A DNA stretch of 27,512 bases from Candidatus Methanomethylophilaceae archaeon (GTDB lineage Archaea; Thermoplasmatota; Thermoplasmata; Methanomassiliicoccales; Methanomethylophilaceae): assembly GCA_050944155.1 (NCBI GenBank), contig JBMNQN010000013.1, forward strand, positions 1 to 27,512, written 5' to 3'. Of this stretch, positions 9,725 through 18,584 are shown one piece after another; within the stretch, counting starts at the first letter, position 1; every line of letters starts with the position of its first letter. Under the pieces are notes generated by a model that saw nothing but the letters and a program-made list of their open reading frames with translations, was not told the origin of the DNA and searched no databases. Made by a program: the position numbers and the translations under genes.

Positions 9725-10453
9725 ATGGGAAGCGGTTCCTGCACTGTCATCCTGCCTGTTTACAAAGAGGCAGAAAATATCGGGAAAATGGTTACGTGTC
9801 TCAGAGAACTCTATCCCGATTTTAAAATTCTCGTAATGGATGACAATTCCAAAGACGGCTCCAAAGAAATCATAGAATCTATGAAAGATCCGGCGGTCAG
9901 ATTCGTCGAACGCGACCCGTCGGAAAAAGGACTTTCTGCAAGTATTCTTCAGGGAATAACTGAAACGGATACGGATTATTTCGTCAACATGGACTGCGAT
10001 TTCCAGCATCCTCCCGAAACAGTCGGACTTATTTACGAATGCCTGAACTCCGGAGCGGATTTCTGCATAGGAGTGAGAAAAGAAAGAAGCGCTCTGTCTC
10101 CTTTCAGGCTTCTGGCTTCGTGGTTTGCGCATTTTTTTGCGGCCATGACTCTCTGGCTGCGTAACAAACCCCTTTCGAAAGACATAATGAGCGGATTTTT
10201 CGGAGGGAACACAAAATTGTGCCGCAGAATAATAAAAGAAAACAGGGACCGCATGGATTCGAAAGGGTTCAAAGCTCTCTTCGACCTTCTGAAATACTGT
10301 CCCGAAGACGCCGATGTCCGCGAGGTGGAATTCGAATTCGGAAAACGGGCCGCAGGAGAATCCAAACTCAGTCCCATGATAATCGTTTCCGTCATGAAAC
10401 AGTGCGAACCGTTCGGAAAAACAATCGCCCGGATTGCGGAGAAATTCGTATGA
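9725..10453 (+). CDS. GT2 polyprenyl/dolichol-phosphate glycosyltransferase (DPM1-like)
   Basis: VILPVYKEAENI, MDDNSKDGS, MDCDFQHPP, DIMSGFF, RAAGESKL are DPM-synthase family motifs. Confidence 0.88.
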   Translation: MGSGSCTVILPVYKEAENIGKMVTCLRELYPDFKILVMDDNSKDGSKEIIESMKDPAVRFVERDPSEKGLSASILQGITETDTDYFVNMDCDFQHPPETVGLIYECLNSGADFCIGVRKERSALSPFRLLASWFAHFFAAMTLWLRNKPLSKDIMSGFFGGNTKLCRRIIKENRDRMDSKGFKALFDLLKYCPEDADVREVEFEFGKRAAGESKLSPMIIVSVMKQCEPFGKTIARIAEKFV

Positions 10454-11337
10454 ATTCCGTTCCCGTAACCGTCGGCATCTGCGCTTATAACGAAGAAGGA
10501 AACATAGAACGTTCAATACGTTCGGTTTATGAACAGAAAACGGAAACCGCCGAAATAAAAGAAGTGATTGTGATTTCCAGCGGCAGCACCGACCGGACCG
10601 ACGAAATCGTACGCAGTCTTCTGCCGGAATACAGAAATCTCAGATTCATTCCCCAAGAAAAAAGAGAAGGAAAAAATTCTGCGGTGAATCTTCTGCTGGA
10701 TAGCAAAAACACCGAAATCATTGTGCTTCTCAACGCCGACAACGTACTGGGAGACGGAAAAACGCTGGATTATCTGATATCCCCGTTCCTGGATTCCAAA
10801 GTCGGAATAGCCGGAGGCCGTCCCGTGCCTACGAATCCCAAAAACACCTTTGTCGGTTTCGCTTCCAACTTCCTGTGGACCATGCACCATTACGTCGCCG
10901 TGAGATATCCGAAAATCGGGGAACTGATAGCGTTCAGAGACATAGGTACCAGGCTGTCGGAAAATACCCAGTCCGACGAAGACACCCTCAGAATGGAACT
11001 GGAAAAGAAGGGGTACACGGGAGTTTACGTTCCCGAAGCCGTGATTTACAACAGAGGGCCGGAAACCGTCAGAGATTTCGTGAAACAGCGCACCAGAGTA
11101 AATATCGGCGAGCGCTACATGAAAAAAGATTACGATTACGACATACCCAGCTGGGACAAAAGTCTTCTCGTCGGTGCTTTCGCCGATTCGGTGAAAGAGC
11201 TCGGGTTCAGACCCGCCAAAATAATGTTTGCCGCGTCTTTAGAGATATGTTCCAGGCTCAGAGCCGTCGGCTACGTCCATGCGGACAGGGGAGACATGAA
11301 CGTCTGGGATCAGGTGTCTTCAACCAAAAAATTATGA
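10450..11337 (+). CDS. Glycosyltransferase family 2 (GT-A)
   Basis: True start is ATG 10450 (ATGA overlap with the upstream gene). VGICAYNEE, SSGSTDRT, NAD in place of DxD, QRTRV (QxxRW-like). Confidence 0.88.
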   Translation: MNSVPVTVGICAYNEEGNIERSIRSVYEQKTETAEIKEVIVISSGSTDRTDEIVRSLLPEYRNLRFIPQEKREGKNSAVNLLLDSKNTEIIVLLNADNVLGDGKTLDYLISPFLDSKVGIAGGRPVPTNPKNTFVGFASNFLWTMHHYVAVRYPKIGELIAFRDIGTRLSENTQSDEDTLRMELEKKGYTGVYVPEAVIYNRGPETVRDFVKQRTRVNIGERYMKKDYDYDIPSWDKSLLVGAFADSVKELGFRPAKIMFAASLEICSRLRAVGYVHADRGDMNVWDQVSSTKKL

Positions 11338-12363
11338 TCCGAGTATTTCGTCGACCGCGTCGGCAAACGTGAAATTATCATCCACGGTTATGCATCTGCA
11401 TCCGAGCCTTCTTCCGAATTCGGCATCGCTTTCCGTGTCGCCTATCATAAACGAAGCCGCCGTGTTTATTCCGTATTTTCTCACGGCATCGATTCCCATT
11501 CCGATTTCCGGTTTTCTGCAGTTACATCCGTCTTCAGGATGATGGGGGCAGAAGAAAACGTCGTCTATTCTGCCTCCGCCTTTCTCCGCCTCGGATTTCA
11601 TTTTATCATGTATCGCCGAAAGGGTCTTTTCGTCGAAGTATCCGCGGCCTATTCCGGATTGATTTGTTATAACTATTACAAGATATCCTGCTTTGTTGAG
11701 TCTGGCTATCTGTTCCGGAACGTAATCGTACAGCCTGAAATCATCGGGACTGCTGCAGTAAGGAACGTTTGGGGCTATGGTATCGTCTCTATCGATGAAC
11801 ACGGCTTTAGGACCGTACATCTCCCGTTCGATTATTCCGCAAATGGTGTGACAGGCGGCCATATATCCTTCCTGGATTCTGGGAGTTTCTTCCGACGGAA
11901 CGGTGACGGCAACATCTGCAATGTCTTTCAGAGAACCTCCGGGCCCGGTGAAAGATACGGTTGCTGCTCCGATCTTCTTGGCGGCTTCGAGTGCCAGTAT
12001 TACGTTTTTGGAATTTCCGGAAGTGGAAAAACCGACCGCGGTATCGCCCTTTCTGCATATCGCTTCGATCTGTCTTTCGAAGACTTTGTCGTAACTGTAA
12101 TCGTTCCCTATGGCAGTCACCGGAGCTATGTTGGAAAGACAGACTCCTGCCATCGCGGGACGTTCCATCAGGTAGCGTCCGGACAGTTCCGCCGCGATGT
12201 GTTGTGCATCGGCGGATGAACCTCCGTTTCCCATGAAAATAACCTGACCGCCGTTTTTCAGCGTTTTTATCATTGTGTCCGCGGCTCTGTGGATTTGGTC
12301 CGGGTCTATGGCCGCGATTGCATCCGCGCTTCTCTTCAGTTCGCTGGCTATCAGATTCCGCAT
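11332..12363 (-). CDS. gmhA: Fusion of sedoheptulose-7-phosphate isomerase (GmhA, SIS) and heptose-1,7-bisphosphate phosphatase (GmhB, HAD)
   Basis: N-terminal GNGGSSADAQH, NDYSY, STSGNS, TPRIQE. C-terminal FIDRDDTI, TNQSGIGRG, CPHHPEDGCNCRKP, MIGD. Start taken as ATG 12363, 2 nt after the upstream stop. Confidence 0.9.
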   Translation of the reverse strand: MRNLIASELKRSADAIAAIDPDQIHRAADTMIKTLKNGGQVIFMGNGGSSADAQHIAAELSGRYLMERPAMAGVCLSNIAPVTAIGNDYSYDKVFERQIEAICRKGDTAVGFSTSGNSKNVILALEAAKKIGAATVSFTGPGGSLKDIADVAVTVPSEETPRIQEGYMAACHTICGIIEREMYGPKAVFIDRDDTIAPNVPYCSSPDDFRLYDYVPEQIARLNKAGYLVIVITNQSGIGRGYFDEKTLSAIHDKMKSEAEKGGGRIDDVFFCPHHPEDGCNCRKPEIGMGIDAVRKYGINTAASFMIGDTESDAEFGRRLGCRCITVDDNFTFADAVDEILGS

Positions 12364-12365
12364 GA

Positions 12366-13367
12366 TTATCCCTTCCACGCGGAAACGCCTCTGCCGTCGA
12401 ACATAAAGTCGGTAACGGCGGCCCCGCATTTCGTCAGTTCCTGAGATACTTTGAATTTTTTATCGTAATCGCATATGAAAAACATGAAGCCTCCTCCGCC
12501 CGCACCGGAGACTTTGCCTCCTACGGCACCGGCGGAAATCGCCGCATTGTACAGCTTATCTATCTTAGGATTCGTTATTTTGTCGGAAAACTGTTTTTTG
12601 TACTGCCAACCCAAATCCAGAAGTCTTCCGGTTTCGTCCAAATCGCCTTTTTCCATGGCAGTTGCCATTTTTTCGGCTATTTCCTTAGTCTTGTCCAAAG
12701 CTTCTTCGTTGTCCCCTTTTCTGAAAGATTTGACCTGGGACTCGATGATATTGGAAGAATCTCTGGTGTTTCCCGTATAACATAAAACGGACCTGCACTG
12801 CAGTTCGTCGATTGTCCTTTCGCTTATCCTGATACGGTTGACGTCCACCCCGTCCCGTCTGAATCTCATAAGATTGAATCCTCCGAACACGGCCGCATAT
12901 TGGTCCTGTCTTCCGCCTTTCAGACCTATGTCTTCTCTTTCCAGAACGTAAGCGAGTTCGGACATTTCGTGGCCGGTGAGCTTCTGATCCATCCATTCCG
13001 CTACGGCGGCTATCGCCGATACTATAACGGTAGAAGAACCCCCCAACCCCGATCCGGGCGGAGCATCGGACTGAAGCAGCATTTTGAACCCTTCTTTGAT
13101 TTCGAAATGGTTGGTTACCGCTTTTACGAGGTCCATATTTCCGTCCAAAGGCAGCGGTCCGCCGTCCAGCGGAGCTTCGAATTTTCCGTAATTCGTGGAC
13201 TCAATGGACATTACATTGGAATCGTTGGGCGTTATCGTACAGTAAGCATATTTGGAAATGGTCGTGTTGAAAACAGAACCGCCTTTTTCCGACGCATACG
13301 GGTCTACGTCTGTACCTCCTCCTGCCATGCCTATTCTGAGCGGGGCTCTCGCCCTTATGTATTTCAT
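12366..13367 (-). CDS. hddA: GHMP kinase, D-glycero-alpha-D-manno-heptose-7-phosphate kinase-like
   Basis: RAPLRIGMAGGGTD, PPGSGLGGSS, GGRQDQYAA, GKVSGAGGGG. Adjacent to gmhA/gmhB. Confidence 0.85.
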   Translation of the reverse strand: MKYIRARAPLRIGMAGGGTDVDPYASEKGGSVFNTTISKYAYCTITPNDSNVMSIESTNYGKFEAPLDGGPLPLDGNMDLVKAVTNHFEIKEGFKMLLQSDAPPGSGLGGSSTVIVSAIAAVAEWMDQKLTGHEMSELAYVLEREDIGLKGGRQDQYAAVFGGFNLMRFRRDGVDVNRIRISERTIDELQCRSVLCYTGNTRDSSNIIESQVKSFRKGDNEEALDKTKEIAEKMATAMEKGDLDETGRLLDLGWQYKKQFSDKITNPKIDKLYNAAISAGAVGGKVSGAGGGGFMFFICDYDKKFKVSQELTKCGAAVTDFMFDGRGVSAWKG

Positions 13368-14389
13368 CTTTTTACCCCGTTGTCAACAATCACGGAACCG
13401 CTTTTCACAACGGTACCGTCTCCCAAAACGGAATTCCGGATTTCGGAACCGCTTTCCACCGTACATCCTTCTCCGATTATACTGTCCGATACAACGGAAG
13501 AATCGATAATACTTTTTTGCATAACCAGAGAGTTTTTCAGTCTGCTGGACGACACCCTGCAGTCCTTCAGTACTATCGAACTTTCGGAAACGGAATCCGT
13601 TATAACCGAAGAACCACCCAGATAAAACGGTCCGGTTATTTCCGTTCTTTCTGCATTCTTAAACTCCGTATCGATGTGTTTTGCAACATCCTGATTCGCT
13701 TTCAGAAGATCCGACGGACGACCTACATCCCGCCACAGACCTTTCAGCCTGTAGCCCTGCACCTTAACGCCTTCTTTAACAATCATCGGAAGCAAATCTT
13801 TCGAAAAATCGTACGGAACCGTGTCTATTCTGCCGAGAATTTCCTTCTGAACGACGTAAACTCCCGCGTTTATCAGATTGGAAAACACTTCCTCGGGTTT
13901 CGGCTTTTCTTTGAATTCGGATATCCGTCCGTCTTTTTCCATACGGACGATGCCGAATTCGCAGGGGTTTTCTATTTCCGTCAAAGCCACCGTTACCGTC
14001 GCTCCCGATACGAAATGTGTCTCTATCTCCTCTTTCACCGAAATATCGGCAAAAACATCCCCGTTCGCCGCCACAAATGTCTCATCCAAACGGTCGGCGA
14101 CGTTTTTGATTGCACCTCCGGTTCCCAGCAGGGTGTCTTCATAGGAATAGGAAATTTCGATTCCGAGATCGGAACCGTCCCCTATGGCTTCCGTAAGCAG
14201 TTCCGATTTGTATCCGCACGCCAAAATGACCTCTTCTATGCCTGCAGAAACCATGGATTCTATGAGGTACATCAGACACGGTTTGTCCAAAACCGAAAGT
14301 ATAGGTTTCGGTTTATTTTCGGTCAGAGGTCTGAGCCTTGTGCCCTTGCCCCCTACCATTATGACTGCCTGTCTGACTTCCGCTGACAT
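13364..14389 (-). CDS. NDP-sugar pyrophosphorylase (mannose-1-P guanylyltransferase/HddC-like) with C-terminal left-handed beta-helix
   Basis: GGKGTRLRPLT-x2-KPKP, LGTGGAI, NGD, FKEKP, INAGVYV, WRDVG. Hexapeptide-like repeats at the C-terminus. Confidence 0.88.
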   Translation of the reverse strand: MSAEVRQAVIMVGGKGTRLRPLTENKPKPILSVLDKPCLMYLIESMVSAGIEEVILACGYKSELLTEAIGDGSDLGIEISYSYEDTLLGTGGAIKNVADRLDETFVAANGDVFADISVKEEIETHFVSGATVTVALTEIENPCEFGIVRMEKDGRISEFKEKPKPEEVFSNLINAGVYVVQKEILGRIDTVPYDFSKDLLPMIVKEGVKVQGYRLKGLWRDVGRPSDLLKANQDVAKHIDTEFKNAERTEITGPFYLGGSSVITDSVSESSIVLKDCRVSSSRLKNSLVMQKSIIDSSVVSDSIIGEGCTVESGSEIRNSVLGDGTVVKSGSVIVDNGVKR

Positions 14390-14421
14390 TATGGGACCGT
14401 GATGAACGTGACGTATATTAA

Positions 14422-15291
14422 TCAGACGCGAACCGCCTTAACTACGTTGGTTCCGATGGGAACATTCAGAGAATCCGCTACCGGAACGCACTTCGCGCGG
14501 AGCATGAAAACAACCGGAGACACGAGTTTTCTTTCCGACAGAGACTCGTAATTGGCCATTCCTTTGGCGATAACTGCGCATGCTCCGTTCAGCGCATTTT
14601 CCGAATCTTCGGGAAGAACACCCGGAATGCCCACGAAGAAACCTCCCGTATCCGTGACCGAATCCAATTCTTTATCCAGACCGATGCGCGCAGCGTCTTC
14701 CCGCGTTACGTCGTTGAGAACGGGTTTTCCGCGGACTATGCCCGTCACTTTCTTTCCGGTTTTCTTAAGCTCCCGTATAAGCAGTATATCCATCTGGCTC
14801 TCTCCGCAGTTGTCGAAAATGTAAACTATATCTCCGTCCTCTTTCAGAAGTTCCCTCAGAATATCGGTATCGTCGTATCCGATGCCCTGCGTGAGAAGAT
14901 TTTCGAACACAGACGAAAATTCTTCCGGACTGTCTATCGCCGTTCCGGAACCGAAATCCATTATGTTTCCCGCAATCGCCGCCGAAATTGCCGCTCTCAG
15001 TCTGTCTTCCGAATTTTCGATGAATTTCTCGGCCTCCGGCAGAAGTTTTTCCGCGGCCGCGTCGGACCTTATTTTAAGAGCCAGATAGGGATCTTCCGTC
15101 CCCATGGCACGGTAGGCGCTTCCGTGCACCGCCGAGGCAACTTCGGCGGAAATCCTGCCTTCGGCAAATTCTTTCGATAACGTCTCCGCAGCCGCACGCA
15201 CGGCTGCGAACTCCGTTCCGTTATCCGCGAGTTTTGCCTGGAACGATACACGTTTCAGAAAACAGGAAGCGCATTCGGGCCTGATTTTCAT
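14422..15291 (-). CDS. DUF89/ARMT1-like damage-control metal-dependent phosphatase
   Basis: MKIRPECASC, AIAGNIMDFG, DNCGE, NDVT, KGMANYESL, AKC. Start chosen at ATG 15291. Confidence 0.88.
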   Translation of the reverse strand: MKIRPECASCFLKRVSFQAKLADNGTEFAAVRAAAETLSKEFAEGRISAEVASAVHGSAYRAMGTEDPYLALKIRSDAAAEKLLPEAEKFIENSEDRLRAAISAAIAGNIMDFGSGTAIDSPEEFSSVFENLLTQGIGYDDTDILRELLKEDGDIVYIFDNCGESQMDILLIRELKKTGKKVTGIVRGKPVLNDVTREDAARIGLDKELDSVTDTGGFFVGIPGVLPEDSENALNGACAVIAKGMANYESLSERKLVSPVVFMLRAKCVPVADSLNVPIGTNVVKAVRV

Positions 15292-15346
15292 GATGTACCA
15301 TGAGCGGGCACGTAAATACCGTTTTTGCATCCGCGCGATAGTACTC

Positions 15347-15353
15347 TTATATA
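15347..15353 (+). promoter_or_regulatory. Putative TATA box for the Zn-ribbon/EF-1beta operon
   Basis: TTATATA 22 nt upstream of ATG 15376. Confidence 0.55.
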
Positions 15354-15375
15354 CGAAGAAAAGTATCGCGACCCC

Positions 15376-15540
15376 ATGGCAGACAAAACGTGCTCTTCTT
15401 GCGGTATAAGACTCACCGGCAAGGGCAACACATTCTTCAAATGCCCCAAGTGCGGGGAATACGAAATCGGCAGATGCGATCAGTGCCGCGATCAGGGTGT
15501 AAAATACGAATGCAAAAAATGCGGATTCGTGGGTCCCTGA
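15376..15540 (+). CDS. Small archaeal Zn-ribbon protein (DUF1610/COG2888, HVO_2753-like)
   Basis: 54 aa with four CxxC motifs (CSSC, CPKC, CDQC, CKKC), ending in GFVGP. Conserved neighbour of archaeal EF-1beta. Confidence 0.9.
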   Translation: MADKTCSSCGIRLTGKGNTFFKCPKCGEYEIGRCDQCRDQGVKYECKKCGFVGP

Positions 15541-15549
15541 GGTGAACGA

Positions 15550-15816
15550 ATGACTATCGCCGCCGCCTACGAACTTTTCCCGTCTGACGCCGACGCGGAC
15601 ATGGACGCCATATCTAAAGCCGTATCGGGAGTCATACCCGCCGGCGTCAAGATTACCGAAACGGAAATCAGACCTGTCGCATTCGGCCTCAAAAAGGTCT
15701 TTGTCGGATTCGTGATAGACGATTCGGACGAATCCGTGGGTACGAAACTCGAGGAAGGACTCCGCTCCATACCCGGAGTGGAGAACATCGAGTGCGTGGC
15801 ATCCACGAACCTCTGA
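15550..15816 (+). CDS. ef1b: Archaeal translation elongation factor 1-beta
   Basis: 88 aa with PVAFGLKK motif and GVENIE tail. GAGGTGA Shine-Dalgarno at 15539-15545. Confidence 0.93.
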   Translation: MTIAAAYELFPSDADADMDAISKAVSGVIPAGVKITETEIRPVAFGLKKVFVGFVIDDSDESVGTKLEEGLRSIPGVENIECVASTNL

Positions 15817-15836
15817 AACTTTTTACCGTCCGCCGG

Positions 15837-16916
15837 TTATTTTTCTGCCGAATCATAGACGGCGAAAAGCGATTCCGCATAATTTTCGGAAAACGACGCC
15901 GAATGTTTTATTCCTCTTTCTGTTACGCAATTCAGTTTTTCTCTGTCTTCCAGAAGTCCGACCGCCTTGGCCGCCATGTCTTCGGCATCTTTGCACAGAA
16001 CGGTTTCCCGCAGTGTTTCGGAAGGTATTTCCGCCCCTTCGAGACAGAACACGGGGGTGCCGCATGCCTGGGACTCCAGTATCGGAGCGCCGAATCCTTC
16101 GAAGAGGGAAGTGTTGAAACAGAGAGACATCCGGTTGTACAGATCGCACAGTTCTTCTTCGGACAGATTGCTTACGAATCCGACGGAATCGGATATACCC
16201 AGCTCTTCCGCCAATGCATTCAGTTTTTCCCGTTTCGGTCCCGTGCCGCATACGACAAACCGCCAGTCTCCGTAACCGGCGTACTTTTTCATTTCTGCAA
16301 AAGCTTTCATCGCCGTTTCGGGATTCTTTCTGTCAATCAGCGAACCCACGAATCCTACGCATTTTTCTTTCTGCGCGCCGGTTCTGCGGAATACCGGTTT
16401 TGTTTTATGGAGTATCACCGTAATTTTTTCTTCCGGAATTCCCAATTTTTCGACCATGTCCTTCTTGGTGGCAGGAGATATCGCTATGAAACGGTCGGCG
16501 AATATTTTTGCGGTCAATACCGATAATTTCCACAGAAGCGTCCAGGACTTTGTTTCGAATTCCCCGTCTCTTATGACATGATGCAGGGTGACGATTTTTC
16601 TTCCGCGGAAAAACGGAAGCAGCAGAGAACAGTGTTCGGCTGCGGCATGCATAACGTCCGCGTCTCCGGATTTCAGTATTCTGACCGCCGATCTGCCGAG
16701 GCCGTCTACCGTAATTTCCTTCAGAGTTCTGCCTCTGCTGAGATCGAGATATACGGGCTCGCATTCCCGGCCGTTTTCTTCCAAAACCGATTTCACGGTA
16801 TCGGCATAGCTTCCGATGCCGCTTTTATTGTTCTCCGTCTCTTCCTGGGTCCTCAGAAGCAGAACTTTCATGGGCTTCGGATCTCCGCTGCGGCGGCCGA
16901 TGCGTTTTCCTCCCAT
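15837..16916 (-). CDS. Glycosyltransferase family 4
   Basis: GSLIDRKN and EGFGAPILE (E-x7-E). GGAGG upstream of ATG 16916; alternative start 16871. Confidence 0.88.
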   Translation of the reverse strand: MGGKRIGRRSGDPKPMKVLLLRTQEETENNKSGIGSYADTVKSVLEENGRECEPVYLDLSRGRTLKEITVDGLGRSAVRILKSGDADVMHAAAEHCSLLLPFFRGRKIVTLHHVIRDGEFETKSWTLLWKLSVLTAKIFADRFIAISPATKKDMVEKLGIPEEKITVILHKTKPVFRRTGAQKEKCVGFVGSLIDRKNPETAMKAFAEMKKYAGYGDWRFVVCGTGPKREKLNALAEELGISDSVGFVSNLSEEELCDLYNRMSLCFNTSLFEGFGAPILESQACGTPVFCLEGAEIPSETLRETVLCKDAEDMAAKAVGLLEDREKLNCVTERGIKHSASFSENYAESLFAVYDSAEK

Positions 16917-16919
16917 TTA

Positions 16920-18182
16920 TCAGACCTCCGTTTTTACGGTTCTGAATTTATACAGCGGAATAAGAACGACACCCAGAGAAATAAGCAGTCCGAACTGACT
17001 GTAAACGGCAGTCAGGCTGTATACTGCCCCGTCCATTCCGTATGCCGGTATGGCATACAGAAATACGGGAACACTGACAATCATCGCTATTATCGAAAGT
17101 ATCGCCGCGGCACGTCCCTGTTCTTTTGTCATCAGAACAGTTATGCCGCACATTCCCACGCTGTACAGCGTGATTCCGGCCAGAAGCATACAGAAGTAAT
17201 GAACGTAAGGCACAATCTGCTCCCCGTACAGCCATCTGAACGCATATTCGGCACCGATTGCTCCCGCCGCAACGCATAAGGCCCCGAATCCGAGAATAAG
17301 CCCCGCGGTCTTCGCATAATCTCTGCGGAGCGATTTCATGTCTCCCGCCCTGGAAATATCCGAAAAATGTATTATGAACGGAACAAAAACTCCGGTCACA
17401 ATCGTAGGAACGATGATGGTCGGTGCAGAAAGAGTGCTGAATATTCCGACAGTTTCGTCTCCGCCGTAAATCTGAAGAATAAGTTTCGGAAGCGCGGTAA
17501 TCACTATCGGAGCGACAACCGCCAGAAGAAGCGGAACGCCCAGACGTATCAGCGACTTGACGGCGCGCGGATCCGCCCTGTGCACGGAAATACTGTCTCC
17601 GACGTATTTTTTGTAACCGGCGATGACCGAAAGCAGAAACAGTCCTCCGCCGAAGACTGCCATTACCGCCACCGAAAGTACGAGATTCTCCGTCAGATAA
17701 TAGACAATCAGGAACGAAACAAGGCTTTCTATTCCCTCTGCAATCGTACATTTTCCCGCATAATCCAGATGGTCTTTTATCTGCAGCGCTGCCGTGTAAA
17801 GATACGCGAAATGAAGCAGATTGCGGTACACCATGTACATGATGATAACCAGATTCTGTTTCGGAGAATATCCCATAAAAAGCACGACGGGAATACAAAG
17901 GGCGAAACTGAACGCTATGGTGATGATTCTTGCGACCCTGTATTCGTTTTCCGAATAATTGACGTGCTGATCGGAAATCTGATACTGGTTGAGAGAAAAC
18001 GTTGCAAAAATGTTGATGATCGAACAGATCGAAAGAGCTACGGCAAATATTCCCGCTTCCGAAAAATCGGTCATTCTGGGAATCAGCATTATTATCAGCC
18101 ATTGGCAGAACAGAGAAACTATGCTGCCTGCCGTGTTGTACATCACGTGTTTGGACTGTTTTCTGCTGTAGCTCCATTTCAT
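16920..18182 (-). CDS. Wzx-like oligosaccharide flippase
   Basis: About 420 aa multi-pass protein with a YNTAGSIVSLFCQW...EAGIF N-terminal flippase pattern. Start uncertain (18182, 18209 or 18218). Confidence 0.82.
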   Translation of the reverse strand: MKWSYSRKQSKHVMYNTAGSIVSLFCQWLIIMLIPRMTDFSEAGIFAVALSICSIINIFATFSLNQYQISDQHVNYSENEYRVARIITIAFSFALCIPVVLFMGYSPKQNLVIIMYMVYRNLLHFAYLYTAALQIKDHLDYAGKCTIAEGIESLVSFLIVYYLTENLVLSVAVMAVFGGGLFLLSVIAGYKKYVGDSISVHRADPRAVKSLIRLGVPLLLAVVAPIVITALPKLILQIYGGDETVGIFSTLSAPTIIVPTIVTGVFVPFIIHFSDISRAGDMKSLRRDYAKTAGLILGFGALCVAAGAIGAEYAFRWLYGEQIVPYVHYFCMLLAGITLYSVGMCGITVLMTKEQGRAAAILSIIAMIVSVPVFLYAIPAYGMDGAVYSLTAVYSQFGLLISLGVVLIPLYKFRTVKTEV

Positions 18183-18281
18183 TCTGCACACTGACCGCTG
18201 TTCCGCCATAAAACACACGGCCGTAATAAATTATTGCGGTGTGTATCGGATCAGACTCCCGATTCGGGCCGCACGGTTCTG

Positions 18282-18408
18282 TTCTGTGTGCTTATTTCAG
18301 GGCCGGACCGATTTTTGCCGAATATTTTCGAAAATCCGTACGTAAAAATACAGAAAAAAACAAAAGGAGCCGGGCAGAAATCGAAATGATTCCGTGTACT
18401 TATTTCAG
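18282..18408. repeat. Imperfect 19-nt direct repeat in the divergent intergenic region
   Basis: ttctgtgtgcttatttcag (18282-18300) and ttccgtgtacttatttcag (18390-18408): 17/19 identical, 108 nt apart. Confidence 0.6.
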
Positions 18409-18550
18409 AATCGGCTTTTTCGGACAGCATAAAGGATCAGACCGGAGACGGCAGAAACCGAGGAAACGGCCTAAATCAAATGCGGCCGCCTGGCCCGTAC
18501 TCGATTATACCGTTTATAATTTGTAAGACAGAGCTCGTTTTCTCAAAAAC

Positions 18551-18558
18551 GTTATAAT
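18551..18558 (+). promoter_or_regulatory. Putative BRE/TATA element for the aldolase gene
   Basis: A-run (aaaaac) followed by GTTATAAT, 26 nt upstream of ATG 18585. Confidence 0.45.
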
Positions 18559-18584
18559 CGCAAAATACATGCGTATACCCGGAT

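Noticed and set aside
10219-10449. N-terminal extensions in the ORF track (GT2 from 10219, GmhA from 12429, DUF89 from 15330, Zn-ribbon from 15325, RfbG from 27354)
   Set aside because: They overlap neighbouring genes or promoters and lack family motifs. Downstream ATGs fit coupling and promoter spacing.
11332-11337. Overlapping ends of the convergent GT2 and gmhA-gmhB genes (also a 4-nt gap at 8340-8343)
   Set aside because: Common in compact archaeal genomes, with no evidence of antisense regulation from sequence alone.
16948-18216. 422-aa same-strand alternative-frame ORF overlapping the whole flippase (similarly 5822..6742 in the first flippase)
   Set aside because: In this frame offset a stop needs NNT followed by an AA/AG/GA-starting codon, which is rare in hydrophobic proteins. 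The translation is Arg/Ser-rich with no motifs. Shadow ORF.
18282-18408. Direct repeat as a mini-CRISPR or IS end
   Set aside because: Only two imperfect copies with an 89-nt spacer, and no cas or transposase genes.
18239-18526. 95-aa ORF in the intergenic region
   Set aside because: Non-ATG start, no motifs, and it overlaps repeats and promoter elements. Likely spurious.
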